From an uncultured virus (IMG/VR IMGVR_UViG_3300027659_000029) (Duplodnaviria > Heunggongvirae > Uroviricota > Caudoviricetes), in the IMG/VR virus record IMGVR_UViG_3300027659_000029: a stretch of 64,000 nucleotides of DNA; one strand, 5' to 3'. The position numbers and the translations under genes were made by a program. Below the pieces are notes generated by a model. The model ran no database searches and was not told where the DNA came from. It saw only the letters and a list, made by a program, of their open reading frames with translations. The first letter of the stretch is position 1. Each line of letters opens with the position of its first letter. Below, piece after piece: positions 46,653 through 58,083 of this stretch.

Positions 46653-49600
46653 CTAATCATTTTTTTGTTGAATTTGTGGTTTTCCTGATAACTCACTACC
46701 AGTTAATAAGCACCACAAACGACCAAGTTCGTTATATGTATCTACATTTGAATCAATCATCACAAATCTAATCAAAGCATACTTACCAAACATTCGTTTG
46801 CCCTCTATTAATGTGCTTAATTGCATAAAATTAGGGTCAAAATAACTACTCATATCTCTTAAAATCTCTGAATAGAATGTATTTTCTTCTCTTGACCAAT
46901 AATTTTGTGGAATATAACTAAATGAATTTTTTTCAGATGTCAAAATCCTGTCTACAAAAAAGTTATTTGGTAATGATTCTTGTGTAAGTGATAAAAATAC
47001 TTTTTCCTTTCCTGCGTTTGAGTTTACAGATATTTCTATTACGGATGTTTGCTTTTCCCCATAAAAAGTATTGTAACTTCCTTGCACGTTGTTATGGAAG
47101 TATCCGTTGCCGTTTGCAAAACTTACAAATTGGCTTCCACTTTTTGCATTACGAAGTTTTGAGTAAAATTCTGGAGTATATCCTCTAAAATTAACCCATT
47201 TTTTCATATGTGTATTATACACAATAGTTTCACTATCTTCAATAATCACTTCTCTATGGTTATTTATAAACCCACTAGACCGCTTTCTAAATGTAAGGTG
47301 GTATTCATAATGCATTGGATCAAAACCTGCAACCACTTCAAACATATTGTCTAATCCTACTTGCAATTTATTGTAATCGGTAATAAATTTATTTTTTGAT
47401 ATTAACCACCCTTTTACGCCTTGAACAGCTATATCTTCTGAATCACGATAGTCACTCATTATGACGTTTGAATTATTGGAATCAAACCAAAACACCATTC
47501 CCTCATAATAAACTATTGAACTTTTGTGTTCAAGTTTGCAGCCAAAGTTTTTTCCGACTTTCATTACTGGGTCTCCAAGATTGTCGGATAAATTTGCAAG
47601 TACAAATCCACTTTTTGTTGCTTTTAGATAATTATACTCATACGGTGCAGTAAACCAATCATGCACACATATTACAATTAAAAGATTTCTTTCTGCGTGA
47701 ATTGATACAATACCCCCCCAATCTTGACCTTTGTAGTTTTTTACATTTTCATTTCTGAATGTTGCCAAACCATTTATTTTCCCGTTGTTTATCCATTCAT
47801 TTGATTTTGCAATTTCATTTTCTACCCATAATCTTTCCGCATAAGGATTTACGGACAATACACGACCACCACTAACTACTAATTTACCCCAAAAATCTGT
47901 TACATTATTTGAAAAATATGGATCATCATTTGGGTTTTGTGTACATGCTTTTATCTTCCCAATATTTCTATAAATTTTATATGTATCAAATGCATCAATT
48001 ATTCCATTGTTTATTTGTGGCACACCATCAATTACTGCAATTGATTGTATTTGTTCAAAGAATGGATTTAAATTATTTTCACATTTGTAAGGTCTGATTA
48101 TTTCTATTTTAATAGAACACTTACTTAGGAGATCATCAATTTGATTATCGTATGGAATGATTATTGTACTTCCGTTATCGGTGGCAAAATTTGTTTTTGT
48201 GGTTGATGTACCTGCGCTATTTGCAAGTGTCAATGTGGTTTCTTGAAGTGCTGTTGTTGCTGTTGTGCCAAATGTTGTACCGCTTACTAAATAGTAAATT
48301 GGATTATCACAATCATCAATTATTTTCAATGTATCACCTTGTACAAATTGATATGTTGAAAGTGTATTAAAATTATGATTTTTATTGTAATTTATTAATG
48401 ATGAAACATCAACTGCAACAGCTTGTGCAATACCTTTGTTAGTGGTAATATTACCTTCTGAATCAAGTAACTGAAATTTATCAGCTACCCATTGTAACAT
48501 TGTCCCATTAAGATTTTGTGTAATTGAAAATGTAAGCCATTTTATTTCTTTTGGCAAAAGCCCACCTGCGTAATTCCATTTTAATAATGGATGAACACCC
48601 CAACATTCATTAATATCAAAATAATCAATTAAATTTACCCCACCAGTCACAATACGACCATAATAATCCCAACCCTCAACACCTATTCCATAACGTCCTT
48701 TTAATCCCTTGTCTGGTTGATTTACTTTTTGTAATTGTATTACTCCTTTATCAATAATAATATCGGTACAGTTTACGCATGATGGTAAGCACGTTGATTG
48801 ATACAATTCATCACAACAAGACCTGCATCCAACACAAACTACTTGACAAGACCCACCACTATTTGAAATTATAAAATTATCACACCTTGTACGTTCATCT
48901 ACTGCATAGTGAGCATATACCTTAAATCCACCGAATCCGTCTGTCTTTACAAATTGTGTTTGTTCATAACCGACTGTAATACCTGTTAAGGCTTTCCCAT
49001 TTTGGTCAATCAACCTTCCTTTAATAAGAACTCTGTCACATTTTTTGGTATCAGTACCTAAAGATTTTTGTGCAGTACCATTAAGGCATTTCATTCCAAC
49101 ACCTGCGTAATTTGAAAAAAATGTTACCGCTGGGGTTACTTTAGTTTTACCTATGTTAAAATAATCAGTACTTTTAGTACCGCATTCATCAACATAATTT
49201 ATTTTTAATTTACCAAAAACAGGCTCTTTAAATATAGCTGTAAAATCTATTATTCCAATTGGGCCTACAGGTAACCGAAACGTCCTCAGTCTCCAAAATC
49301 TTTCTCTATGATATACAAAACCATTGTGATCTGTTGTTTTATCATCAGTAGTTCCATCCCTTAATCCAATTGCAGTAATCAATCCTAACAGTGTTAATGG
49401 TATAACCAAAGGAGCTTGACTCCACTTTGTAACACCTGTAAGCAAATCTGTAACAGTACCTTCTTCATAAGATATTGTTTGCATTTCGCATGGGATAGAA
49501 AAAGAAGAATCTTCGTATACATATAATTCTCTTACAATATTATAATCAATAACATTGTTATCAGCTTCTTGTGAAATTGTTTCAAAATCTGGTAATGTAT

Positions 49601-51605
49601 TATCTTCAAGTATTAATACACTTCCATTATCTTGTAGTGAATTATATCCATCATTACACACATCAATAGTCCATTCAAATGTATTTTTTAATGGAACAGA
49701 TTGATTTGGGAATTCATTTATATCGCAAACATTTAATTCAGTACTACCTTGTATATATGTGCTTGTTTTTTCATACCCAACATCTATTCCTGTTCTATGT
49801 CCTGCAACTCTAAATACATACTTTCCTGCGGCCACATCTTCAAAAACAAACTTTTGTAAAAAAACATACTCCCCTGTATACAAAGCATTTATAACATCAT
49901 CAAAACTTCCATTTTTATTACCCATTTTGGTAACATCTCTAAATAATATACCAAAATTTTCTTCTGTACAATCTGTAAGATTAAATTTAACTTGCGTTGA
50001 TATTGCATACCTATTTGTACCAGCCAACAGCCCAACAAAACCGCCAACTACTCCATCTACAGTTTCTGGTACATATTGTTTATAATCTTTCCATCTATCA
50101 TCTACTGCTATTTTAGGAGTGTTTGTTAAGTCCCCCTTTTTGTTTCTTTTGCCAAATCCACCAAAATAATAATGACCATCAATAGCACTATCAGTTCCTT
50201 TTGAATTATCCCCCCACAAGAATCCATACTCATCCCCATTCCCATCCGCATCGTATGTTGCATTTTTAATCAACATATAAACTACAATCTTTCTCTTTTC
50301 TATTTTGCATGGCGAATCAGGTTGTGGTTGTACTGATGCTGAAAATCTTTCAATTATTTCGCATGGTAGGTTATTACTATCACGAAGATTATTCCCAAGC
50401 AATAATGCATCACCAGCAGGCGTTAATGCCTGACTTGCAAAAGGTACTGAATTCTCAATATGTGTAAATAGTGATTGGTCAACTGGAGTACATTGTTTGT
50501 TGTTGCAAAACGTGTACGTTATTTCGTTTTTTGATTTATTATATCCGAAATCATTCCATTGTGAATTAATATCTCTTTCCCAATAGTTAATATTGTCTTC
50601 ACAATCAAACTTTTCAATTGTATCATAAAGTGTCCACGTTCCATCTGGAGCATCTCTTTTAAAAATATTAATTTTTTCTACATGGGCATTACCAACCCAA
50701 AATGTAACATCAGCACATCTTGGTTGTGTTTCTGGCACTTGTTCCGCACAATCAGTTCCACCAACTATTATTGGAGCTGAATACATCGATACAGAACTTT
50801 GTCTTTCATCTGTATATATGAATTGATAACTTAATTGAATAGCATTATTAAACAATTTGTTTGGTAAATCTTTATCTAAAGAATGACCTGTACCAATACC
50901 ATTTCCATCTATTTGTTCCGTCCTGTCTAATAACTTGAATGTGGGTGCGTATATAGGTGCTATTGGGGCTAATGTAATTAAATCGGCACGTTCTTCCAAA
51001 TGAGGGTATACTGGTGCGTAATAGTCAGTATTAAAACTACCGCTTCCAATACTTGCCAATACATTTACTTGGCGAATATTATTTTTACCATCTGTAAAAA
51101 TTAGTTCTTTTTCAAATATTTTTTTATTGCTTATTACACCAACTCCTTCATCTATAGTATCCGCATAATACGCTATTTTTAAAAAAACCGTATGTTCTGG
51201 TATTGTATGTGCTGAATCTTTATCAAGGTTTAAAAAGTTTCCTGTATAGACTCTTTTTATTAATCCATTATCACTATTGCATAGATTAATTGTATCATCA
51301 CCATTACTATTTTGTACAATCCAATATATTTCATTTAATTCTTTGAACTCATATGCGCCAATTGTTTTATTAACCCCATCTGGAAGTTGTGTTCCTGAAA
51401 TAAGTTGAGTTGATATTAATGGAGTTATTTTACCAACATTACTTCCTATTGATGCCCCATTACCGCTATTATTTGAATTATTGTCATTACTATTTAGAAG
51501 AAATCTAGTATTCTTTATAAATGAAGATTGTGATGCACTCAATCTTGAGACATCTAAATCCATGTTTAATTCAATGGGTAAATATGATTCGTTTATTTGT
51601 TCCAA
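46653..51605 (-). CDS. Tail nozzle/stabilization protein (crAss muzzle / P22 gp10-like)
   Basis: 1650 aa; LNMDLD..NTR N-terminus, FTDGKNNIRQVN, YQFIYTD..S..S, GFDP..EYHLT, WVNFRGYTPEFY, EGKRMFGKY; TTG start. Confidence 0.7.
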   Translation of the reverse strand: MEQINESYLPIELNMDLDVSRLSASQSSFIKNTRFLLNSNDNNSNNSGNGASIGSNVGKITPLISTQLISGTQLPDGVNKTIGAYEFKELNEIYWIVQNSNGDDTINLCNSDNGLIKRVYTGNFLNLDKDSAHTIPEHTVFLKIAYYADTIDEGVGVISNKKIFEKELIFTDGKNNIRQVNVLASIGSGSFNTDYYAPVYPHLEERADLITLAPIAPIYAPTFKLLDRTEQIDGNGIGTGHSLDKDLPNKLFNNAIQLSYQFIYTDERQSSVSMYSAPIIVGGTDCAEQVPETQPRCADVTFWVGNAHVEKINIFKRDAPDGTWTLYDTIEKFDCEDNINYWERDINSQWNDFGYNKSKNEITYTFCNNKQCTPVDQSLFTHIENSVPFASQALTPAGDALLLGNNLRDSNNLPCEIIERFSASVQPQPDSPCKIEKRKIVVYMLIKNATYDADGNGDEYGFLWGDNSKGTDSAIDGHYYFGGFGKRNKKGDLTNTPKIAVDDRWKDYKQYVPETVDGVVGGFVGLLAGTNRYAISTQVKFNLTDCTEENFGILFRDVTKMGNKNGSFDDVINALYTGEYVFLQKFVFEDVAAGKYVFRVAGHRTGIDVGYEKTSTYIQGSTELNVCDINEFPNQSVPLKNTFEWTIDVCNDGYNSLQDNGSVLILEDNTLPDFETISQEADNNVIDYNIVRELYVYEDSSFSIPCEMQTISYEEGTVTDLLTGVTKWSQAPLVIPLTLLGLITAIGLRDGTTDDKTTDHNGFVYHRERFWRLRTFRLPVGPIGIIDFTAIFKEPVFGKLKINYVDECGTKSTDYFNIGKTKVTPAVTFFSNYAGVGMKCLNGTAQKSLGTDTKKCDRVLIKGRLIDQNGKALTGITVGYEQTQFVKTDGFGGFKVYAHYAVDERTRCDNFIISNSGGSCQVVCVGCRSCCDELYQSTCLPSCVNCTDIIIDKGVIQLQKVNQPDKGLKGRYGIGVEGWDYYGRIVTGGVNLIDYFDINECWGVHPLLKWNYAGGLLPKEIKWLTFSITQNLNGTMLQWVADKFQLLDSEGNITTNKGIAQAVAVDVSSLINYNKNHNFNTLSTYQFVQGDTLKIIDDCDNPIYYLVSGTTFGTTATTALQETTLTLANSAGTSTTKTNFATDNGSTIIIPYDNQIDDLLSKCSIKIEIIRPYKCENNLNPFFEQIQSIAVIDGVPQINNGIIDAFDTYKIYRNIGKIKACTQNPNDDPYFSNNVTDFWGKLVVSGGRVLSVNPYAERLWVENEIAKSNEWINNGKINGLATFRNENVKNYKGQDWGGIVSIHAERNLLIVICVHDWFTAPYEYNYLKATKSGFVLANLSDNLGDPVMKVGKNFGCKLEHKSSIVYYEGMVFWFDSNNSNVIMSDYRDSEDIAVQGVKGWLISKNKFITDYNKLQVGLDNMFEVVAGFDPMHYEYHLTFRKRSSGFINNHREVIIEDSETIVYNTHMKKWVNFRGYTPEFYSKLRNAKSGSQFVSFANGNGYFHNNVQGSYNTFYGEKQTSVIEISVNSNAGKEKVFLSLTQESLPNNFFVDRILTSEKNSFSYIPQNYWSREENTFYSEILRDMSSYFDPNFMQLSTLIEGKRMFGKYALIRFVMIDSNVDTYNELGRLWCLLTGSELSGKPQIQQKND

Positions 51606-51608
51606 TTA

Positions 51609-52619
51609 TCAATAATGTGTTTGTTTATTAATAGACATAACCCCAAGCGAATCCATTAATTTATCCCAATTAATAGGATTAAGACGTTTTTTAAGTTTTT
51701 GCAACTCCGCTGTGTATACTCTATGCGTGATGCTATTTTGCCCCCTCATTGCACCTGCAATTTTATTATCATCTAATGCTCTATAATATTTAACTCCTCT
51801 TATCATTGCCTCCAATGCTATTGCTGGTATTTCGTAATCTTTTGAATTATTTATTGCAGTTATGTATTTTATAATTACATAATTTTTATTGTAATTTGGT
51901 GACATCACAAGTAATCTACCTTGCATATCAATATTATATGTATTTTCTGATATTGGGTTACAACAATCAATAGAATACGAACCGCAATTTGTACTAAGTG
52001 AACAATTGTTTGTACAAAGCAAATTAATTTTTATTGTATTTGATTCATTTTTTGCTATGCACCCACAAGGCAACGCATCAAGTACACATACTTCTTCTTG
52101 TTCATCAACAATCAATACTATTTCATTAAAGTTATCTACACCCCATTGTTTTGTAGTTTTAATTACAGTGCCGTCATTTAAAATTGTAGTTTTTACAGAA
52201 TTTGTTTTTTCAATACCATTTATTGTAACAACTTCTTCAACTTCATCAAAACTTTTTATTAAACCGCAACTTGTATTTTCTTCTCCACAAGTATTGCAAT
52301 TGCATGGCAAACTATTTTCAAATAAAAGGGGTAATGGTATTTTTTCGTTATACCAAATTGGCTTTATATTCCCACAATTATCATAATACCCAAGACCAAC
52401 AACAAGTAAACAATCATTTGGGAGTACAAGACTATTATTGGCTAAATCAAGATGGTATTTTTTTGTTGTAGCCTTTTTGGTAACATTAAACCTTAAATCA
52501 TTATAAACAGCAGGTAAATACGATGAGTAAATAGATGCCATACTCATATTATTATCCCCTTCACGAAGGCAAAGTGTTTTTATTACTTCTGAAACTGGTA
52601 TGTGTGAAATATTTACCAT
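51609..52619 (-). CDS. Tail tubular/ring protein
   Basis: LVLPNDCLLVVGLG and YVIIKYI...YEIP..ALEA pattern; adjacent to nozzle. Confidence 0.6.
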   Translation of the reverse strand: MVNISHIPVSEVIKTLCLREGDNNMSMASIYSSYLPAVYNDLRFNVTKKATTKKYHLDLANNSLVLPNDCLLVVGLGYYDNCGNIKPIWYNEKIPLPLLFENSLPCNCNTCGEENTSCGLIKSFDEVEEVVTINGIEKTNSVKTTILNDGTVIKTTKQWGVDNFNEIVLIVDEQEEVCVLDALPCGCIAKNESNTIKINLLCTNNCSLSTNCGSYSIDCCNPISENTYNIDMQGRLLVMSPNYNKNYVIIKYITAINNSKDYEIPAIALEAMIRGVKYYRALDDNKIAGAMRGQNSITHRVYTAELQKLKKRLNPINWDKLMDSLGVMSINKQTHY

Positions 52620-53236
52620 TATGCTATTGCTTCGGGTTGATTGATTAATTGTCGTATTTGATTTTTAATGGCATCTTCATTATTATTACCATCGGCACTT
52701 GAATCTAATTTAGATGTCTCACTAAGTTGACCAATTTTCATAACTTGTTGAATAATAAGGAATGCAATATCTTCACTTACTATATCATCTTCACTTGATC
52801 CTGCAATAGTAAAAAGTTTTATTTTTTTCGCATTTTTTGGCAAATTTTTAAACTCTATAAAACTTTGATTTGGCAAGTAATATGTAAAAATACTATTTGA
52901 TATAAGGTGACTTGCACTTGGGGATAATGGCATTATCATATCCTCCATTTCGTACCCGCTTAAATCAATTAATACAGCCCCATCAATACCTTGTATGTTA
53001 AAATTTTCTTCAAGTATTGCTTTCCCATTTTTAATATCATATTCTTTCGGAACTTGTACTACTTGAGAATTTGTTAATGTCAAATTGCCTACTTTTCTTT
53101 GATAAAGTATATAATCCCGCGCTGAAAAAACAAGGTCTGTATAATCTTGTGATGTAAGATTAGTATTGCTATTAATAACACCATTTTCAACTAATCGTTG
53201 AATTAATTCACCTAATTGACCTATTGTTTTACCCAT
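52619..53236 (-). CDS. Putative tail ring/adaptor protein
   Basis: 205 aa, structural operon context. Confidence 0.5.
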   Translation of the reverse strand: MGKTIGQLGELIQRLVENGVINSNTNLTSQDYTDLVFSARDYILYQRKVGNLTLTNSQVVQVPKEYDIKNGKAILEENFNIQGIDGAVLIDLSGYEMEDMIMPLSPSASHLISNSIFTYYLPNQSFIEFKNLPKNAKKIKLFTIAGSSEDDIVSEDIAFLIIQQVMKIGQLSETSKLDSSADGNNNEDAIKNQIRQLINQPEAIA

Positions 53237-53874
53237 TAGTCTTTTGAAATTTTATAGATGATAGAATTTACGGCAACAAGGCAAAAACAATATAAAATCC
53301 ACATTGGAACAATAACACAATTTTCGTATTTAATAAATCCTACATGTGCGGAAAACTTTGTACCAATAGCAAATAAAATAGTACCCCAAAAAGATGCATA
53401 GCATTTGTAACACCCTATTAATGGTTTGTAGATTATTGATGGCAATACAAACACATTGTATTGTTTTTTTATTTTAATCAATCCATCGTTATCTAATTCA
53501 ACAATTATATTGTATTTTTCTTCAGCTTTAAATAATACATCTTCCCACAATCCTTTATGTGAATTATTTATTTCAATACATCCATTATGCAAAATACATT
53601 TTTTCAATTCCTCTCTTTCATCAAATGAGCAAGACTTTATTATTTTTTCAAAAAATAATTTCAATTGTTCACCTTGATAATAAACGTAATTTATTTTAGT
53701 GGCACATATTAATTTTGTCAATGGGTACAAGATCATTGCCCACAAATCTACCTTAGTTCCATTTGGGGATATTTCTGTTTCACCTCTTGATGAAATAAAT
53801 AATCCATTGCAAAAAAGACCGCCAACAATTAGCAGTACAAAAAAATGAATTATATATTGATAATAACATTCCAT
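53236..53874 (-). CDS. Membrane protein with CxxC (DUF1360-like)
   Basis: KPLIGCYKCYASFWG plus hydrophobic segments. Confidence 0.55.
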   Translation of the reverse strand: MECYYQYIIHFFVLLIVGGLFCNGLFISSRGETEISPNGTKVDLWAMILYPLTKLICATKINYVYYQGEQLKLFFEKIIKSCSFDEREELKKCILHNGCIEINNSHKGLWEDVLFKAEEKYNIIVELDNDGLIKIKKQYNVFVLPSIIYKPLIGCYKCYASFWGTILFAIGTKFSAHVGFIKYENCVIVPMWILYCFCLVAVNSIIYKISKD

Positions 53875-53987
53875 TACGCAGCCTTTTTAATGCTTTTTGT
53901 TTTTATTATTTTAATAAAAATTGGCATTTGTGTAATAATACATCCACCGCCATTACCGCAAGAATTTTTAATTTTTATTGTTTTCAT
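53874..53987 (-). CDS. Small basic peptide, 37 aa, not in ORF track
   Basis: MKTIKIKNSCGNGGGC...; TAATG overlap with next gene; TATATTTG box at 54028-54021. Confidence 0.45.
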   Translation of the reverse strand: MKTIKIKNSCGNGGGCIITQMPIFIKIIKTKSIKKAA

Positions 53988-54029
53988 GATTTTATTTTTT
54001 TAGTTTTTTAATAAGTACCACAAATATAA

Positions 54030-54806
54030 TTAAAACAATCCAATTTGATTCAATTCTTTATTCCAATTTACCAAACTTCCATCACGGGTGTGAATTGAGT
54101 AAAGTGAAGTAAACGCCTTAAAAAATTCAGGGAATATATTTCTTTCCCACTCAAGTTCAATATGTGATGTAGATGACGTATCAATTTGCCAAGTATCGTC
54201 AGGCATTAGTTTGTAACCTATTTCACTTTTTAATGGTTGTTTTAGATATCTAATTTCTATATGGGTTACTGTTCTTGGGCAAACCTTGAATGTAGTTCTA
54301 TCAATAAACATTCCAATAGGTGAATTATATGTAGGTGGCCTTAATTTACTTATACTTCTTAAATCATACTCGTCTGATGACAAAATATCAAGTTTTCTAT
54401 ATGTACAAGATTCGGTACGTTTTCCATTTTCAAATAATCCGCTATTTGTTTCATCTATTGGATCATCCCCACAATCATCACAATCTTTTGGTGGGCAACT
54501 GCAAGGTGCTGTTTTGTTTTCGTTTGTTGCTATCGATATAGTCAATACGTTCCTATAATCTTCTGGGATTACAACTAATCCATTTTCAACATTAAGTAAT
54601 TTACGTTTAAGGAATGGTCTTGCTTTATCAACTATCCTATCATTATTTGGATAAATCCTTGCAATAGAATCAAGCAAAAAGTCAGTAACCAACCTACCTG
54701 CATTTGAGGCGATATGTGGTGGGAAATGTGCATTTTGTTCTTTATTCCCTACAAGATTTGATGTTGCTAATACCACTTCTTGCCATGTCAATATTGTATT
54801 TGCCAT
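54030..54806 (-). CDS. Putative head-tail adaptor/ring protein
   Basis: NKEQ, IPEDYR, PTYNSPI, IRYLKQP motifs typical of crAss-like ring proteins. Confidence 0.6.
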   Translation of the reverse strand: MANTILTWQEVVLATSNLVGNKEQNAHFPPHIASNAGRLVTDFLLDSIARIYPNNDRIVDKARPFLKRKLLNVENGLVVIPEDYRNVLTISIATNENKTAPCSCPPKDCDDCGDDPIDETNSGLFENGKRTESCTYRKLDILSSDEYDLRSISKLRPPTYNSPIGMFIDRTTFKVCPRTVTHIEIRYLKQPLKSEIGYKLMPDDTWQIDTSSTSHIELEWERNIFPEFFKAFTSLYSIHTRDGSLVNWNKELNQIGLF

Positions 54807-54809
54807 TCA

Positions 54810-57800
54810 TTATGATATTAGTAGTTCGTAATTTGTATCAACAATTTGTGTATACGGCTGTTTTGTTGCTATTGCGCTATCTGCGCCAGATTCATTTGCA
54901 TAAAGAATGTAATTACCTGATGAATTCCCTGTTACTATGGCTTGTGTTGTATTTATTGCGGATAACTTTCTAATACCTCCCACTAATGGGAATTCATAAT
55001 ATCTTGATTTGACAGGATGCCAAAACATACCAAGAGTAACCCCATTCGCTTGTACATTATTACCAAATGTAGAATAATCAACGCCATTGTCAGCAACAAG
55101 TGTAATTATTCTATAACTACTTGCAAGTGTTGGATTTGCTGTTGAGGTATCAAAACCTCTAAGTTTCATACCGCCAGCTGGTGGCGCACCGCCTGCATAC
55201 TCTTCACTAAATACATAAACACTTTTGCCGTCATAATTTATTTTAGATAATGTTATTGGGTAACGTATTTGTGCAACTCCTGTGCCTACACCACCGCTAA
55301 CACTACAAGTACCATCAACAGTCCCAACGGTATTACTAATTACATCAATTCCTATGTATTGAGCGGAATCTGTAATATCTGTTAAAGATGTTAAACTGCC
55401 TTTAAAATAGTATTTTTTTATAGCCCCAAGCCCAAATACATAAATTACTTGAATATTTGTATATGTATTCCCCTCATATGTGTACGTTTCTGTATCAATG
55501 TTTATGTTGCCCCCAACAGATGAACCTATATAATCAAGACCCAATGCTTTTACATTCCAATTTGAACTTGTTGTTACTGTTCCAGATACATAATATACAA
55601 AATCAAGTCTTGATGCACCTGTATTGTATATTATAAAACTTGGTTGCCCATTTATAGTCCCCATTCTTTTTGATCCATATGGTTGATTAAATCTTGCAGC
55701 ATTTCCCAAATTAGGGACACTTGCAATACCACCATCACAAGCTCCAGCCAATACATAATTTCTCCAATTTGCTCTTTCATCGCATTCAGTACTTCTTTCA
55801 CGAATTAATTTACAAAATACACCACCGAATGTAACAAAATATATTGCAGGGTGACCATTTGTAATTTCATTTCTATCTACATAGATTGATGAAGGATAAT
55901 AGTATGTTACAGTATCACCATATGTTGGAGTTGTTGGGGTTACAATTGGCAAACTTGCATTTAAATTACCAGCAATTTGAAATACTTCTTTTGTAACTGT
56001 ATTATATGCTCTAATGCACCCGTTGCCTTTTGCGTCAACATTGTTTATATAAATATAATCACCATAATAAGGCAAATCATTTATTTGTGGATTATATCTA
56101 TATGGATACATATACCTTTCTGAATAGTCTACTCTTGGGTATGATGATGTTTTTTGTGTTGTTAACTTACACCCTTTGTTTGTTGTTGTTTCAATTATAA
56201 ATGTACCAGTTTTTGATACCAAATCTCTTGCACATTGGCTATTTGCTGCCAGTGTATAATCATCACCACCTGCATTTGTATTATATGTTGCAGGTATTGT
56301 TGATTCTGAAATATTTATGTTGGCAATTGTATCGCCTGTTATTGTCGTATTATCATGTAATTGGAAGTCAACTATCTTATCTGATTTTGTAAAATATTTA
56401 CTATTTAAAACAGCATAGTATGTACTCAATCTATTGACATCCATAATTAAAGGTGTGCCGTTTACAATTACCGAACTGCTACATGTTTCGTATAACCAAA
56501 CAACAACTGTACAAGAGCCATTCGTAGGCACATAGCTTGATATTATACCTGTTTCGTCAGGAGATAAGGAAAATGTACCATATACATTTGTTAAGTCTGA
56601 ATTGGCATTTAAATCATCAACAAGCATTGATATTGATGTAACTGTTATTGGCTCAAACGTAACAATATTACCCCCACAAATTGTAACTTGACTAAATGAT
56701 AATGGATTTGTTTCTGTTGGTGGCAATCCAGTTTGGCTTATAACAATTACATTTGTTTTACAAGGACAAGTATTTATACCTAATACTTCTTGCCAAGCTG
56801 CTACTGCACCTGCTGTGGAAGATATTGCATTTAAAATATTGTTTTGTAATATAGCAAAATTTACAGAAAGACACCAAGTTTTACTACATCCGTCTTGTGA
56901 TGGAGTAAAGCTAAACCCACTTGTATTATCACATACATCTACTATTGTATTTTTTGCGGTTATATATATTACGCCATCTCCGCCTGTTGTAATATCAACA
57001 GCACACAAACCTGCCAATGTTTTCTCACCAAATGATATTGGGTTCTTAGTTATTTGTAACCCTTTTTGGCACTTGCAATCACAACCTAAAATATCTTGAA
57101 TTTGTTTTACTATTTTTTCACTATTTTTCCCATTTGCTTCTTGAAGCCATGCCATCCCAAATAGCACTTCTACATCTTTAAGTTTTTCTTCCATTTGCTT
57201 ACCTACCACACCGCCTTTTTCCGCAATTTCAAGTGACTGAGTATAACAGCAAAGAAGAGTAGATAAAGCACCTGAGCAAGACACCTGTTCCGCCCAATTA
57301 GTAATATATGTGATGTCCATATAATTATGACAACTATCAATTTTATATCTTGCAGTTGTAATAACTTTCACTTGATATAGCCCTGTTATGCTACCATCTA
57401 AATCTTGTGAATATGGAACGTAATTGAATGTTTTTTGCTCAATGTAATTGTCTGGGTATGTAAGTTTACCAACAAATGTTTTACTTTCAGGTGATAGCCC
57501 ATTGTATTTAAAATTTGTTTGTTCCTTAATAACCATTTTAGCAGTAGTGCAGTTTGTATCAACCGAAATACAACCCTGTATATGATTATCAACTTCTAAT
57601 CTTGGATCATAACAAACAGATACATTAAAAGAACCATCAACATAACTAATTAAATCCAAAACATATCTATATTCTATGGTATAATTTCCAAAAAATAATT
57701 CACCTGATGAAGATAATGGGATGGTAATATCTGTTTCGCCCAAATTTAAATCTAAAAAATAAGTGCCAGAAACAGGAGGAACAATATCACCTACAATATT

Positions 57801-57983
57801 CCCATTTGGGTCTTTTACAACAAAAATAATTCCTAACGGATTTGATGCTTGGAAATCTGATAACTCGGCCGTATTAATATACAGCGTTTTATCATACGGA
57901 TTAAATACTGTTGTAAATCCAAGTTTATCTATAAAACCTGATACTGTATTGTTTATTGATTTAGGGTTATTACAAGTAGCCAT
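54810..57983 (-). CDS. Large Cys-rich virion protein with probable C-terminal beta-propeller (fibre/spike-like)
   Basis: 1057 aa; NHL-like motifs (IAGN, ARFNQPYG, AQIRYP). Confidence 0.55.
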   Translation of the reverse strand: MATCNNPKSINNTVSGFIDKLGFTTVFNPYDKTLYINTAELSDFQASNPLGIIFVVKDPNGNIVGDIVPPVSGTYFLDLNLGETDITIPLSSSGELFFGNYTIEYRYVLDLISYVDGSFNVSVCYDPRLEVDNHIQGCISVDTNCTTAKMVIKEQTNFKYNGLSPESKTFVGKLTYPDNYIEQKTFNYVPYSQDLDGSITGLYQVKVITTARYKIDSCHNYMDITYITNWAEQVSCSGALSTLLCCYTQSLEIAEKGGVVGKQMEEKLKDVEVLFGMAWLQEANGKNSEKIVKQIQDILGCDCKCQKGLQITKNPISFGEKTLAGLCAVDITTGGDGVIYITAKNTIVDVCDNTSGFSFTPSQDGCSKTWCLSVNFAILQNNILNAISSTAGAVAAWQEVLGINTCPCKTNVIVISQTGLPPTETNPLSFSQVTICGGNIVTFEPITVTSISMLVDDLNANSDLTNVYGTFSLSPDETGIISSYVPTNGSCTVVVWLYETCSSSVIVNGTPLIMDVNRLSTYYAVLNSKYFTKSDKIVDFQLHDNTTITGDTIANINISESTIPATYNTNAGGDDYTLAANSQCARDLVSKTGTFIIETTTNKGCKLTTQKTSSYPRVDYSERYMYPYRYNPQINDLPYYGDYIYINNVDAKGNGCIRAYNTVTKEVFQIAGNLNASLPIVTPTTPTYGDTVTYYYPSSIYVDRNEITNGHPAIYFVTFGGVFCKLIRERSTECDERANWRNYVLAGACDGGIASVPNLGNAARFNQPYGSKRMGTINGQPSFIIYNTGASRLDFVYYVSGTVTTSSNWNVKALGLDYIGSSVGGNINIDTETYTYEGNTYTNIQVIYVFGLGAIKKYYFKGSLTSLTDITDSAQYIGIDVISNTVGTVDGTCSVSGGVGTGVAQIRYPITLSKINYDGKSVYVFSEEYAGGAPPAGGMKLRGFDTSTANPTLASSYRIITLVADNGVDYSTFGNNVQANGVTLGMFWHPVKSRYYEFPLVGGIRKLSAINTTQAIVTGNSSGNYILYANESGADSAIATKQPYTQIVDTNYELLIS

Positions 57984-58008
57984 GCTATTGATTGTTTATT
58001 TTTTAATT

Positions 58009-58053
58009 TAAAAAAAGGAAAGGACTAAAGGCTTTTCGCCAATAGCCCTTCCC
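58009..58053 (-). terminator. Intrinsic terminator after the capsid genes
   Basis: Minus strand ggaagggcta-ttggc-gaaaa-gcctt-tagtcctttcc-ttttttt. Confidence 0.65.
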
Positions 58054-58083
58054 AAAGGTGTAACCCTTATATATGCGAGTTTA

